A stretch of DNA of 32,000 nt. Origin: Opitutales bacterium. Its GTDB lineage: Bacteria; Verrucomicrobiota; Verrucomicrobiia; Opitutales; PNEW01. Below, one piece after another: positions 7,857-16,585 of the stretch. The notes under the pieces are model-generated. The model searched no databases, was not told where the DNA came from, and saw only the letters and a list, made by a program, of their open reading frames with translations. Positions within the stretch are counted from its first letter, which is position 1. Each line of letters begins with the position of its first letter. Position numbers and translations under genes: made by a program. The stretch spans positions 720,001-752,000 of the forward strand of contig CBDCNV010000002.1 in assembly GCA_965219535.1 (NCBI GenBank), written 5' to 3'.

Positions 7857-10800
7857 TCATCGCGCCCCTCCTTCCATTCGTATCCGGGGGTCGAGCCACA
7901 GGAGCAAGAGGTCGCTGACCAGAGTGCCTAAGACACCTAATAGACTTAATACCATAAGCATTGAACCAGCCATATACATATCTTCTTTCATCAGGGCATC
8001 CAACATTAACGGACCTACCGTGGGGAGACTGAGGACCATCGCGACGATGGCGCCCCCTGAAACGAGTTGAGGAAAGATTGCCCCGATACTGGATATAAAC
8101 GGATTAAGCGCGATACGCACCGGGTATTTCAATAAGAGCTTAAAGGGTCGCAGCCCCTTGGCCATAGCGGTAGTGACATAAGGTTTTTTCAACTCGTCCA
8201 GGAGATTGCCTCGCATCACCCGGATCATACTCGCGGTACCCGTGACCCCCAAGACAACAACGGGAACCCAGATATGCTGCAAGAGATCCAAGATCTTTCC
8301 CCTCGTCCATTCCGGTTGGACTGCATACTCGGGTGAATACAAGCCCGAGATATTAATGCCAAGATACTTAGCACTCCAATAAAGCAGGATCAATGCGAGG
8401 AGAAAGCTCGGAACACTCATCCCAATAAATCCGATCAAGGTAAATAGATAATCACTTAAGGTATATTGTCGCACTGCTGAATAGATACCGATGGGCAGCG
8501 CTAGAGCCCAGGTAAAGAGAATGGTGCCCATCGAGATGAGGAAAGTGAGAAGAATGCGATCACCGACAACTTCATTGACCGGGCTCTGGTTTTCCATCGA
8601 CAAACCCATGTGCCCCTGCAACAAACCCTGATCTTTCTTTTCAAAAGAAGTAAACCAGTTAAGACCGAGCCACCGTGTATAACGTTCGACGACGGGCTTA
8701 TCGAGGTGAAATATCTCGCGCAACTTTTCGGCCTCATTGATATTCATGCGCCCGCCTTTTATCCGTAGCTCCAGAATTTTGGTATCGATATAATTACCGG
8801 GGGGCAGTTGGATGATCACAAAGGAGATTACCGAGATGATGAGAAGGGACGGCACCATGATAAGTAAGCGCCTTCCGATGTAAGGGTGCCGCACACCGAT
8901 CATAAGTATACCACAGCTGAAAATACCGATGAACAAATATTTGATGAGCCTTGCCAGGTGACTAACGTTTTTCGATTCGAGATTGTCGTCAACCAGACCA
9001 TAAGGGGCAGGAGTGATTTCGCTTATTTCCTTTTTCAACTTTGCAAGGGTTCCTGGTGAATTATAAGGGTTTTCGAAGTAGTAGGTTTCTAATCCCGCGT
9101 TGGAAGGCGGAAACATGCGTCCACTATAGAATGCATTGCGCGGAACGTTTTTAAAACCGTTTTTGACCACGACCGGGTGCGGTGGTGGAGTGGTTACATT
9201 GATCGACCAGACATTTTCTGTAGCAATATCGAATATTTTATGAATATATTCGCGTTGCGCTTCGCGCGTGGTCACACCGTATGCTGCTCCGAGTAGTTCC
9301 ATTGATTTCCTCAGAGGATGATCACTCGGGGGTTCTATACCGCCGAGTTGAGTGGCTTCGGGGTTACCTGATAGTCCGTCTCTCAAATACCAATTAAAAT
9401 AGCCGTATGCTTGTGTCCCGGATAAGGCCATAAATCTCTCCGGAACCATGATGGGGTTAAATTCGCCATCCGAGGGGAAAGCGGAAAATTCAAGTTTGCG
9501 TGATCTTTCTTTTAAACCAAAGAAGGCTGTAGGCAGTGTGTGTTGAATCGCACGAATGCCAACACGACCCCAGTCTTCGATAATGAGCTCAGTAGGACCT
9601 TCGTCTTCCCCTTCCGGCAGTTCATAATTCCACAGCATGCGCGATCCGTCCTTGAAGGTGCGGTAGCCTCCGCCATCTCGCCTCGTAAGGCCTATCGCAT
9701 CGAGCAGTTGGTTCGCTCGGTCGGGCGCATACTCGGTAAAGCTTTTATGCAATTTTTCATGGTGAAAATAGGATTCCCTTCCCGGTGATAGTTGGGCCGG
9801 TTCTCCGATCATGTTGTAGACGATATCAATAATTTGCCGGCGATTGATCGCGAGGGAGAGCGCCTGGCGGAAGCGTTTGTCATTTAATAGATCGTGTTTC
9901 ATTTGGGTTATCGGATTGTCGGGGTCTATCCAAAGGTTAAGATTCGGATAGATCAGATACCGAGAGCGCGTAGCCGGAAACCAGTGATAAACTTCGTAAT
10001 CGTTTGTTCTGCGTTGCGACATGAGCAGGGTATAATATAAATCCATGCTATCGAAGATTCTAAAAGGCATTTCCCCGCTGGCCGCTATTATCGGTATAAG
10101 CTTATTGTTTTTTACGTCGAAAAATAATTGATCGATATAGGGGAGCTGATTGCCCGCGGTATCGACTGCCCAGTAGTAGGGATTGCGGACAAATGATTGG
10201 GGAGGATTGGCTTTATAAGTACGATAAACCCAGGGCCAAAGCCGCGGGTATTCGGGGTTTAACCAGTGTTTCAATAAAGTGTAGAGGCTCTTGCGCGTAG
10301 GCAGTCTTCTCGCTTCCATCGTAGCCTCGATGAGGGTCTCATCACCGAATTCCGGGTGATATCTTTCCAGGTAATGTCGCGGCGAACTAAATTCGGTCGC
10401 TCCAGTCAATTGTTCAAGAAACGCTCCATAGGGTTGAGGGAAAACGAACTTAACCGTGTAGTCATCGATTTTGACAATCTTCCCTGTCTTTCCACCGATT
10501 TTCATCCACCGAGGTGGTAGAGATTGGTATAATTCAAGCGTTACTTCTTTATTCCACCAGTAGAGAATATCATCGACCGTGAAAGGGTGTCCGTCAGACC
10601 ACTTCATCCCTCTGCGCAAGTAAAATGTCCATTCTTTCCCGTCAGGGCTGGATTCCCAGCTTCTAGCCACATGAGGCACGATCGGATAACCGAGAGGAGA
10701 CCAGCGAACAAGTAAGGACCCGGAATAGAATGAACCGATGAGACTGATTTCTAAAACTTGTCCAACTACTTCGGGATACGTGCCGCCATATTTACCGATA

Positions 10801-11144
10801 TTGTCCACTCCTTTAAGGACCAATGGCTCGGATCCCACACGCTCAGCTAGCGGTGGCAGTTTGCCTTCAGCTACCAGTTCAGCAAAGAGGGGTGATTCAG
10901 ATCGTGGAAACCAGGAGCCGGATTCTCTCTCACTGTAATCGACATCCTGTTGTATTTTGAAAAGATCATCCTCGGTGAAACTGATATCTCGTGACGTTTC
11001 AGTTTTGTTAATTTCTTCTTCGCTATAATGAATGGGTTCCACTTCCAATTCCGGCTTTAAGATATCGCTCCAAAGATAGTAAAATCCAAATACGCAACAA
11101 ACGGTAAGAAATAGAAGACCTGAATATTTAAATACTTTATTCAT
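7857..11144 (-). CDS. Fusion protein: N-terminal anchor + family-5 (DppA/OppA-like) solute-binding domain + extra TM helix + DppB/OppB-type ABC permease domain
   Basis: One uninterrupted 1095-aa ORF. TM anchor LLFLTVCCVFGFYYLW. SBP_bac_5-like core (WSDGHPFTVDDILYWW...). Extra helix LIKYLFIGIFSCGILMIGV (nt 8892-8948). Then a typical permease with IGRRLL start and EAA-loop YVTTAMAKGLRPFKLLLKYPVRIALNP. Confidence 0.85.
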   Translation of the reverse strand: MNKVFKYSGLLFLTVCCVFGFYYLWSDILKPELEVEPIHYSEEEINKTETSRDISFTEDDLFKIQQDVDYSERESGSWFPRSESPLFAELVAEGKLPPLAERVGSEPLVLKGVDNIGKYGGTYPEVVGQVLEISLIGSFYSGSLLVRWSPLGYPIVPHVARSWESSPDGKEWTFYLRRGMKWSDGHPFTVDDILYWWNKEVTLELYQSLPPRWMKIGGKTGKIVKIDDYTVKFVFPQPYGAFLEQLTGATEFSSPRHYLERYHPEFGDETLIEATMEARRLPTRKSLYTLLKHWLNPEYPRLWPWVYRTYKANPPQSFVRNPYYWAVDTAGNQLPYIDQLFFDVKNNKLIPIIAASGEMPFRIFDSMDLYYTLLMSQRRTNDYEVYHWFPATRSRYLIYPNLNLWIDPDNPITQMKHDLLNDKRFRQALSLAINRRQIIDIVYNMIGEPAQLSPGRESYFHHEKLHKSFTEYAPDRANQLLDAIGLTRRDGGGYRTFKDGSRMLWNYELPEGEDEGPTELIIEDWGRVGIRAIQHTLPTAFFGLKERSRKLEFSAFPSDGEFNPIMVPERFMALSGTQAYGYFNWYLRDGLSGNPEATQLGGIEPPSDHPLRKSMELLGAAYGVTTREAQREYIHKIFDIATENVWSINVTTPPPHPVVVKNGFKNVPRNAFYSGRMFPPSNAGLETYYFENPYNSPGTLAKLKKEISEITPAPYGLVDDNLESKNVSHLARLIKYLFIGIFSCGILMIGVRHPYIGRRLLIMVPSLLIISVISFVIIQLPPGNYIDTKILELRIKGGRMNINEAEKLREIFHLDKPVVERYTRWLGLNWFTSFEKKDQGLLQGHMGLSMENQSPVNEVVGDRILLTFLISMGTILFTWALALPIGIYSAVRQYTLSDYLFTLIGFIGMSVPSFLLALILLYWSAKYLGINISGLYSPEYAVQPEWTRGKILDLLQHIWVPVVVLGVTGTASMIRVMRGNLLDELKKPYVTTAMAKGLRPFKLLLKYPVRIALNPFISSIGAIFPQLVSGGAIVAMVLSLPTVGPLMLDALMKEDMYMAGSMLMVLSLLGVLGTLVSDLLLLWLDPRIRMEGGAR

Positions 11145-11175
11145 CTAAAGGAATAAGCTCATCGTGGGCTGTATT

Positions 11176-11210
11176 CAGTGAACAGTGAACAGTAAACAGT
11201 GAACAGTGAA
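11176..11210. repeat. Heptanucleotide array (CAGTGAA CAGTGAA CAGTAAA CAGTGAA CAGTGAA)
   Basis: Direct reading. The same unit recurs at 1770-1790, 14518-14545 and 16288-16329, and inverted at 5142-5176. Confidence 0.9.
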
Positions 11211-11346
11211 CTCAAAACCGCTGAACGGTGTACCGAGGGTATAGCCCGACATCTTCCACCGTGAACCTCCTTAACCTAAAATTTAAAACTGGGACAGCAT
11301 ACCTAATAAACGCTAAGGCACTCTTTCCTTTTTAATTTTAGTATCA

Positions 11347-12654
11347 TCATTTGCTGCCCTTCGTCAGGTCAGCAATGGCCATGCGGTAGTAGGCGGTGGG
11401 GGTCGGTCCTTGGAGAATGGGGTCCTTCACTTCTTTGAGCCAATTTAATAGTCGCTCGTTGAGATCCACACGTATCTGTTCAAGTTGAGTATCCGATCCG
11501 AGGTTGTTCAGCTCATGGGGATCATTGTGCAAGTCATAGAGCTCCATTACCGGGCGTTCCTGCAATCCTCCCTGACCAAGTCGAAACGGTGCATCCGGAA
11601 GACGGCTTGGGGAAAAGTTTCGGATGAGCTTGTATTGGTTTGTGCGGACACAACGTGACTCAACAAACATGCCATCAGCTTGCATCATGGCATAAACCGA
11701 ATCACGTGTAGGAACGGATTGCTCGTTGCTGAAGAATTCGGCAAAGCTCCGGCCCTGCATGTTTTCCGGACACGACAAATTAAGCAGGTCAAAGAGGGTT
11801 GGCACCACGTCGATGTTGCTGATCAGCCAGTCGCATACACTATCGCCATGGGGAAGGCTCGGGGGTAATTGCATCAGGAGAGCAGTGCGAATGCCGCCAT
11901 CGTAGAGATGACATTTGCAGTGCGGAAGCTCAACACCGTGGTCAGCGACAAAGATGACGATCGTATTCTCTTCCAGTCCTGTTTCTGAGAGTGCTTGAAG
12001 GATCTTTCCGACAGCCACATCCAGGCTCCGAATCGATCCTTGAAGCCCGGCTATATGCTGCCTTTCTTTAGGCTCGTCCGCGATATAGGACGGTGTGCCA
12101 ATACCGAGACTGTCGTCCGGTCGAGCATCGCCAAAGTCATAGGGGGTGTGGGTCTCAAAGAATCCGACCTGCGCGTAGAAAGGGACGCCGTCTCTGTCGT
12201 ATTCCCCGAAAAACTTAATGAGCTCATTAGCCGTTTCGTCTGCGGTGGAGACATGTTCTCCCGTCAAAAGCTTTTTCGAACCCGTGTCTACCACCCGGCG
12301 TTCGCGAAAGCCGAGAGGGTTGTCGTACTGCGCTTCGTGCTGAAAATTAAAGAGCACAGGGTGGTAGCCCCGCTCACCCAGCAGATGGGAGAGATGGCGT
12401 TCACCCTCGTTATAGCGCCAGCGATAGGGGGTCTGAATATTTCCCATGATGCCGTTAGTCTGGGGATATCGGCTAGTCATCATCGCACTCCGGCTCGGCG
12501 CGCAGATCGGACTGGTGCAAAAATTGTTGTCGAAACGGCAACCCCTCGCGGCGAGCGCATCCAGGTTCGGCGTGTGCACGGTCTCATGTCCGTAGCATCC
12601 AAGCCAGTCACCGATATCGTGACTGGTCATGAAGAGAATATTCGGTAAAGCCAT
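11347..12654 (-). CDS. Sulfatase (formylglycine-dependent family), no signal peptide
   Basis: 435-aa ORF. PNILFMTSHDIG and the signature SPICAPSRSAMMTSRY (C-x-P-x-R). Confidence 0.9.
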   Translation of the reverse strand: MALPNILFMTSHDIGDWLGCYGHETVHTPNLDALAARGCRFDNNFCTSPICAPSRSAMMTSRYPQTNGIMGNIQTPYRWRYNEGERHLSHLLGERGYHPVLFNFQHEAQYDNPLGFRERRVVDTGSKKLLTGEHVSTADETANELIKFFGEYDRDGVPFYAQVGFFETHTPYDFGDARPDDSLGIGTPSYIADEPKERQHIAGLQGSIRSLDVAVGKILQALSETGLEENTIVIFVADHGVELPHCKCHLYDGGIRTALLMQLPPSLPHGDSVCDWLISNIDVVPTLFDLLNLSCPENMQGRSFAEFFSNEQSVPTRDSVYAMMQADGMFVESRCVRTNQYKLIRNFSPSRLPDAPFRLGQGGLQERPVMELYDLHNDPHELNNLGSDTQLEQIRVDLNERLLNWLKEVKDPILQGPTPTAYYRMAIADLTKGSK

Positions 12655-12697
12655 ATTTATGTTTACCTATACTGGGACTTATACCACGCAGTTAGGA

Positions 12698-12961
12698 CTA
12701 TTTCGTTTCAAATGCTTTCAAAAGATCGGTCACGAGAATTCCTTCGATTGTCATTCCTTCGTAATTCGCATTCGCAATCTTAGCATGGCTAAAATTAATA
12801 TCTTCAAAAACGGCAGCGGAAAGATTGATGTCTTCAAAGCGAACATTTGCCATATTAACGTTTTTGAAAACGCTGCTTGCCAGGTTAACATCATCAAAGG
12901 TCGATTCGCTGATATTCTCGTTTTTGGAAAGGTGCTTCCCGCTCTTGATTGTAGATTCCAT
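12698..12961 (-). CDS. Pentapeptide-repeat protein (small)
   Basis: 87-aa ORF with consecutive A(D/N)(L/F)xx-type pentads (NLASSVFKNVNMANVRFEDINLSAAVFEDINFSHAKIANANYEG). Confidence 0.65.
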   Translation of the reverse strand: MESTIKSGKHLSKNENISESTFDDVNLASSVFKNVNMANVRFEDINLSAAVFEDINFSHAKIANANYEGMTIEGILVTDLLKAFETK

Positions 12962-13083
12962 GATTATCCCCTAATTTTTTTTAATAAAATAGCTTACAGG
13001 CTAACGCAATTGTCTTCGCTATCGAGTGATAAAGTCAAATCGCAAAAGCAGATGCTTGACACTGCTGAGCCCCATGTTCTCCA

Positions 13084-14511
13084 TTGCGGAATAAATTTAT
13101 GAGCGCAAAAAACGATAAAAATAATTCACACACAAAACGCGACCGCTACCTGGTTCTAGATTCGCGAATCATAGATGCGAAAGAGAACGTGGAGCTGACA
13201 GTAGGTGTCGTCCAGAAGGAGAAAAGCAATCCATTCTTCAAAGAAGACAAGCCATGGGAACCTCGCTTCGACAATCCCTATAGCAGTGTCATCTATGATG
13301 AGGAAGAAAATATCTACAAGTGCTGGTACAGTATTTTCACTAAGTCCGACCCGAGGGAGGGTTTCCCGGGAGAGGGACTGCCAACGGAAGAACGGGCCTG
13401 GGTCGATTGGCGAGAGGGGCACCGCGGTTACGGTGTGTGCTACGCCACTTCCAAAGATGGTCTCCATTGGGAAAAACCCGAACTGGGACTGATCGATTAT
13501 GATGGCAGTAAGAAAAACAATATCGTCATCGAATACACCCATGGCGTTGTGGTCATCAAGGATACGCATGAAACCGATCCGGAGAAACGCTACAAGGCTT
13601 TACACCCGGAAAAAGAGGAGAGTGCGGCATGGTTCTCGTCCGATGGCATCCACTGGGGTGAACAGCATAATGTTGGGGTAATCGGTTGGGGCGACACCAA
13701 CCAGTCCCTCTGGTGGGACACTGATATTGAGAAGTACGTAGTTATAACGCGACAATGGGGTGGGGAAAAAACGAAGATGGACCGTTACGGGGAAACCGGG
13801 CATCGCAGCAAGTCAAGGAGTGAGTCTTCAGATTTCCTGAATTGGTCTAAACCTGAATTCGTAATTGAGGGGCTCGATCTGCGCATGCAGATCCACGATA
13901 TACCCGTGGTCCCCCACGCCGGCATCTACCTGGGAATGGTTGGTCTTTTCGATATTACGGTCAGCAAGCAGTGGTGCGAATTGGCTTGGAGCCCTGACAG
14001 TTTCGAGTGGCACCGAATTCAACCCGGCAAACCGTTAATTGCCAACGGGCCGGTCATGGGTGATTACGACTGGGGCTGCATTTTTACGTCCAAGCCAATT
14101 ATTCGTGAGGACGAGATTATCCTCTATTACGGTGCTAACGACGGTAGATTTATGGGCTGGCGCAACGGTTTCTTGTGCCTGGCCCGCATGCGACCCGATG
14201 GGTTCGCGGGCTACGAACAGTTTGAAGGGGGGAGCAACAAGACCGGGTCTATAACGACCGTACCTGTTTCGGTAGTCGCCGGTTCGCTCTGTATCAGCGC
14301 CGATGTTGCACCTTCCGGTTTTGTAAAAGTCACGGCCTTCGATAAGGACGATAAAGAATTAGCAGAAGGTGAGCTGGTAACAAAAACCGTATCAGACGCA
14401 AAGATAGAATGGAAAGAGGGATTCTCTTTGAAGGAACACGAAGGTGAAGAGATCAAGTTGAAATTCCTCCTGCGAGAATCAAAAATCTTTTCCTTCAGTT
14501 TTAAGGACTGA
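13084..14511 (+). CDS. Five-bladed beta-propeller glycoside-hydrolase-like protein (GH32/43/130-like fold), family unassigned
   Basis: 475-aa ORF. CYATSKDGLHWEKPELGL and WYSIF motifs resemble propeller glycosidases, and similar motifs occur in 20845..22542. The start may be the ATG at 13099. Confidence 0.55.
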   Translation: MRNKFMSAKNDKNNSHTKRDRYLVLDSRIIDAKENVELTVGVVQKEKSNPFFKEDKPWEPRFDNPYSSVIYDEEENIYKCWYSIFTKSDPREGFPGEGLPTEERAWVDWREGHRGYGVCYATSKDGLHWEKPELGLIDYDGSKKNNIVIEYTHGVVVIKDTHETDPEKRYKALHPEKEESAAWFSSDGIHWGEQHNVGVIGWGDTNQSLWWDTDIEKYVVITRQWGGEKTKMDRYGETGHRSKSRSESSDFLNWSKPEFVIEGLDLRMQIHDIPVVPHAGIYLGMVGLFDITVSKQWCELAWSPDSFEWHRIQPGKPLIANGPVMGDYDWGCIFTSKPIIREDEIILYYGANDGRFMGWRNGFLCLARMRPDGFAGYEQFEGGSNKTGSITTVPVSVVAGSLCISADVAPSGFVKVTAFDKDDKELAEGELVTKTVSDAKIEWKEGFSLKEHEGEEIKLKFLLRESKIFSFSFKD

Positions 14512-14517
14512 TGACAT

Positions 14518-14545
14518 CAGTGAACAGTAAACAGTGAACAGTGAA
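14518..14545. repeat. Heptanucleotide array (CAGTGAA CAGTAAA CAGTGAA CAGTGAA)
   Basis: Direct reading; it starts 7 nt after the stop of 13084..14511. Confidence 0.9.
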
Positions 14546-14580
14546 ATTTAGTAACAGGTTTAGGTTATAATATGAATTTA

Positions 14581-14622
14581 CTTAACACTTAACACTTAAA
14601 ACCTAACACGCGCGTCAGCGCT
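14581..14622 (-). terminator. Candidate non-canonical 3' module: AGCGCTGACGCGCG followed by TGTTAGG TTTTAAG TGTTAAG TGTTAAG (coding-strand reading)
   Basis: It lies immediately 3' of the GH32-like stop. The same module in the same orientation relative to the gene occurs at 736-775 (after 776..1687) and 18969-19003 (after 17654..18922). Confidence 0.35.
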
Positions 14623-16215
14623 CTAGCTTCCATTCGATGGCATCATCTCCCATGTTTCGATCTCGGTAAATGCGGCAGTACCCCCTTGGCAGAAGAAACT
14701 GATGTGATCAGTGTCATCCCGTTCCGGATATACCCGTCGGGTAATCGCCTGTCGTTCGTTCGCGAATACCTCAACCACCGAATTGTCGATGAAGACGCGT
14801 AAATTGAGACTTTCGTTTTTAGATAAGTCAAAGGGGGCTTCTTCTATAACCGTTCGCCCCAGGGGCCCACTTGCTGTGGAATCAAATACAAGTTTTTTTT
14901 GTGAAGCGTCAAAGTAGAGGAGAGTCGTCTCTTCATTCTTTAAACTGCTGCGCACCCTTATACCCGCTTTCTGTGCCGACTGCAGGTCTATGCTGAAAGC
15001 AAATTCACACGATCGGCCGTTTATCCCCTCCAGCTCGAATGCTGAATCGTCGGCCAGGTTGATGGCGTCAAAATTTTTAGGGTTGTAGCGAAGTGTTTCT
15101 AACTCTTGAGCCGGCGCGATACGCAGTGTGTTGTCATCCCCGAGCCAGAGTACTCGCGGCAGACCGTAGACACCGCACCAACCGTCTTCAATCGTATCAT
15201 CTAATTCCTTGTGCGCGTTGTCCGTAAGCCACGCCCACATGATTTGTCGTCCTTTTGAATCGATGAGCGCTTCGGGTGCGAAAAACGTATTGTCTACCCA
15301 GGTCATCCGCCCGTGGGTTTCAGGTATAAAGAGGTCGCGCTGCGTATCGTAAACACCGATGTAGTATTGGCATCCCAAATTATGTGAAATGAAGAGCTGC
15401 AGATACTTTCCGCTCATCTCTCCGCCCTCGGGTGAAGTGGGTAAAGGGAGAAAGCTCGGACACATATCATCCTCGCTCTCCTGGGTCCAACTATTTTCCG
15501 TGTCGCGTTGATAAAAGCGGTGAACAAACTCCCAGTTTATGAGGTCAGTGGAGGAAAACAAATCCACCCAATCACCGCGGTAGTGAATCGGTGAATCCTC
15601 ATCTCGCCCGAGTTTATTCAGGACCAGTAAATTCCCTGCTTCCATGTAGTAGACGCCGTCCTTCTTCCAGATATTGCTCGGGTCGGCGTTGCCCAGATAC
15701 TGGGTATTTCCCTTTTCGTCTTTGCGCTCGATGATGCCAAACTCGGTGCCGTCGAGACTCGGTATGTCCATCTTCTCCCAGGTCTCATAGTGTCTGTCAC
15801 TGCTACGCGCGATGCCGATACCGGTTCTCTCGACACCGTCTACCGTAGTGCCGAGTCTCCAGTAGGAGAGGTAGGCCGTACAGTCGTCATCGACGAACCC
15901 ACCGCCGCTGAAGCAGCCGCCGTCTCCGTCTCCGGGTCCGATAGCATCGGGATGATGTTGCCAATGCACCAGGTCATGACTTGAAATATGGCCCCAGCAG
16001 AAACCATTGTCTTTCCACGCGTGCACGCCCCTGCGGTTGTAAAGGTACATGAGATGGTACCGGCCGTTCGCATAAAATGCACCATTGGCGTCACCGGGAC
16101 GGCCGATGTCTTCTGGTATCGCGAAGTGGTAACCCGGGCGGTGTTTGTCCCGCAGTAAGTGTTCGCGCAACTCCCGCGCGGCTTGTATTCTCTCGCTCTG
16201 TTTGTTCGCTGTCAT
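14623..16215 (-). CDS. Glycoside hydrolase family 32-like protein (beta-fructofuranosidase/levanase-like), divergent motifs
   Basis: 530-aa ORF. WGHISSHDLVHWQHHP and CFSGGGFVDDD blocks are typical of GH32. The nucleophile region is GDANG instead of NDPNG, ADP replaces RDP, and MCP replaces ECP. Confidence 0.7.
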   Translation of the reverse strand: MTANKQSERIQAARELREHLLRDKHRPGYHFAIPEDIGRPGDANGAFYANGRYHLMYLYNRRGVHAWKDNGFCWGHISSHDLVHWQHHPDAIGPGDGDGGCFSGGGFVDDDCTAYLSYWRLGTTVDGVERTGIGIARSSDRHYETWEKMDIPSLDGTEFGIIERKDEKGNTQYLGNADPSNIWKKDGVYYMEAGNLLVLNKLGRDEDSPIHYRGDWVDLFSSTDLINWEFVHRFYQRDTENSWTQESEDDMCPSFLPLPTSPEGGEMSGKYLQLFISHNLGCQYYIGVYDTQRDLFIPETHGRMTWVDNTFFAPEALIDSKGRQIMWAWLTDNAHKELDDTIEDGWCGVYGLPRVLWLGDDNTLRIAPAQELETLRYNPKNFDAINLADDSAFELEGINGRSCEFAFSIDLQSAQKAGIRVRSSLKNEETTLLYFDASQKKLVFDSTASGPLGRTVIEEAPFDLSKNESLNLRVFIDNSVVEVFANERQAITRRVYPERDDTDHISFFCQGGTAAFTEIETWEMMPSNGS

Positions 16216-16257
16216 CCTTGTAACCCCCGTTTATTTAATTTGAAATCAGCCGCCGTC

Positions 16258-16275
16258 GTCCCGCGATGGCGGGAC
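16258..16275. promoter_or_regulatory. Perfect GC-rich hairpin GTCCCGC-GATG-GCGGGAC in the GH32 upstream region
   Basis: 7-bp stem and 4-nt loop, 43 nt upstream of the ATG at 16215. Function unknown. Confidence 0.3.
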
Positions 16276-16287
16276 TATGGCGTGCCA

Positions 16288-16329
16288 GGGTGAACTGTGA
16301 ACAGTGAACAGTAAACAGTAAAGAGTGAA
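16288..16329. repeat. Heptanucleotide array (GGGTGAA CTGTGAA CAGTGAA CAGTAAA CAGTAAA GAGTGAA)
   Basis: Direct reading; it lies in the divergent intergenic region between 14623..16215 (-) and 16586..17644 (+). Confidence 0.9.
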
Positions 16330-16390
16330 CGAGCGTGCATGCGCGTGTTAAGTTTTCGACGTCGCGCCGCTATAGTTGCCAAGAGTGTTA

Positions 16391-16465
16391 GGTGGAGCGG
16401 GCTGTCCCAGCGCGCTTCTTTATTCATTGTCACTTTTAAACGCACTAGAGACAGCGCGTTCCACC
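16391..16465. repeat. Double-hairpin palindromic REP/BIME-like element, copy R2
   Basis: GGTGGAGCGGGCTGTCCCAGCGCGCTTCTT...AAACGCACTAGAGACAGCGCGTTCCACC. The stem changes relative to R1 are partly compensatory. Confidence 0.7.
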
Positions 16466-16585
16466 CTGTTTTTAAAATATATTCTTGTCTCGTCTTGCCT
16501 GCCAGCCATAGCTTCAGCGACGGCTGGTGCATCTTGTGGCTATTTCTTCTCTATCACTGCGAGCACTGAAACTTATTTTTAAAAA

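Noticed and set aside
14581-14615. Integron attC sites: the heptads read ACTTAAC / GTTAAGT, which fit the RYYYAAC / GTTRRRY core-site consensus
   Set aside because: The units are tandem direct repeats in one orientation, not an inverted pair flanking an imperfect palindrome of 60-140 bp. No intI gene or attI site is present, and the flanking genes have their own promoter-like regions.
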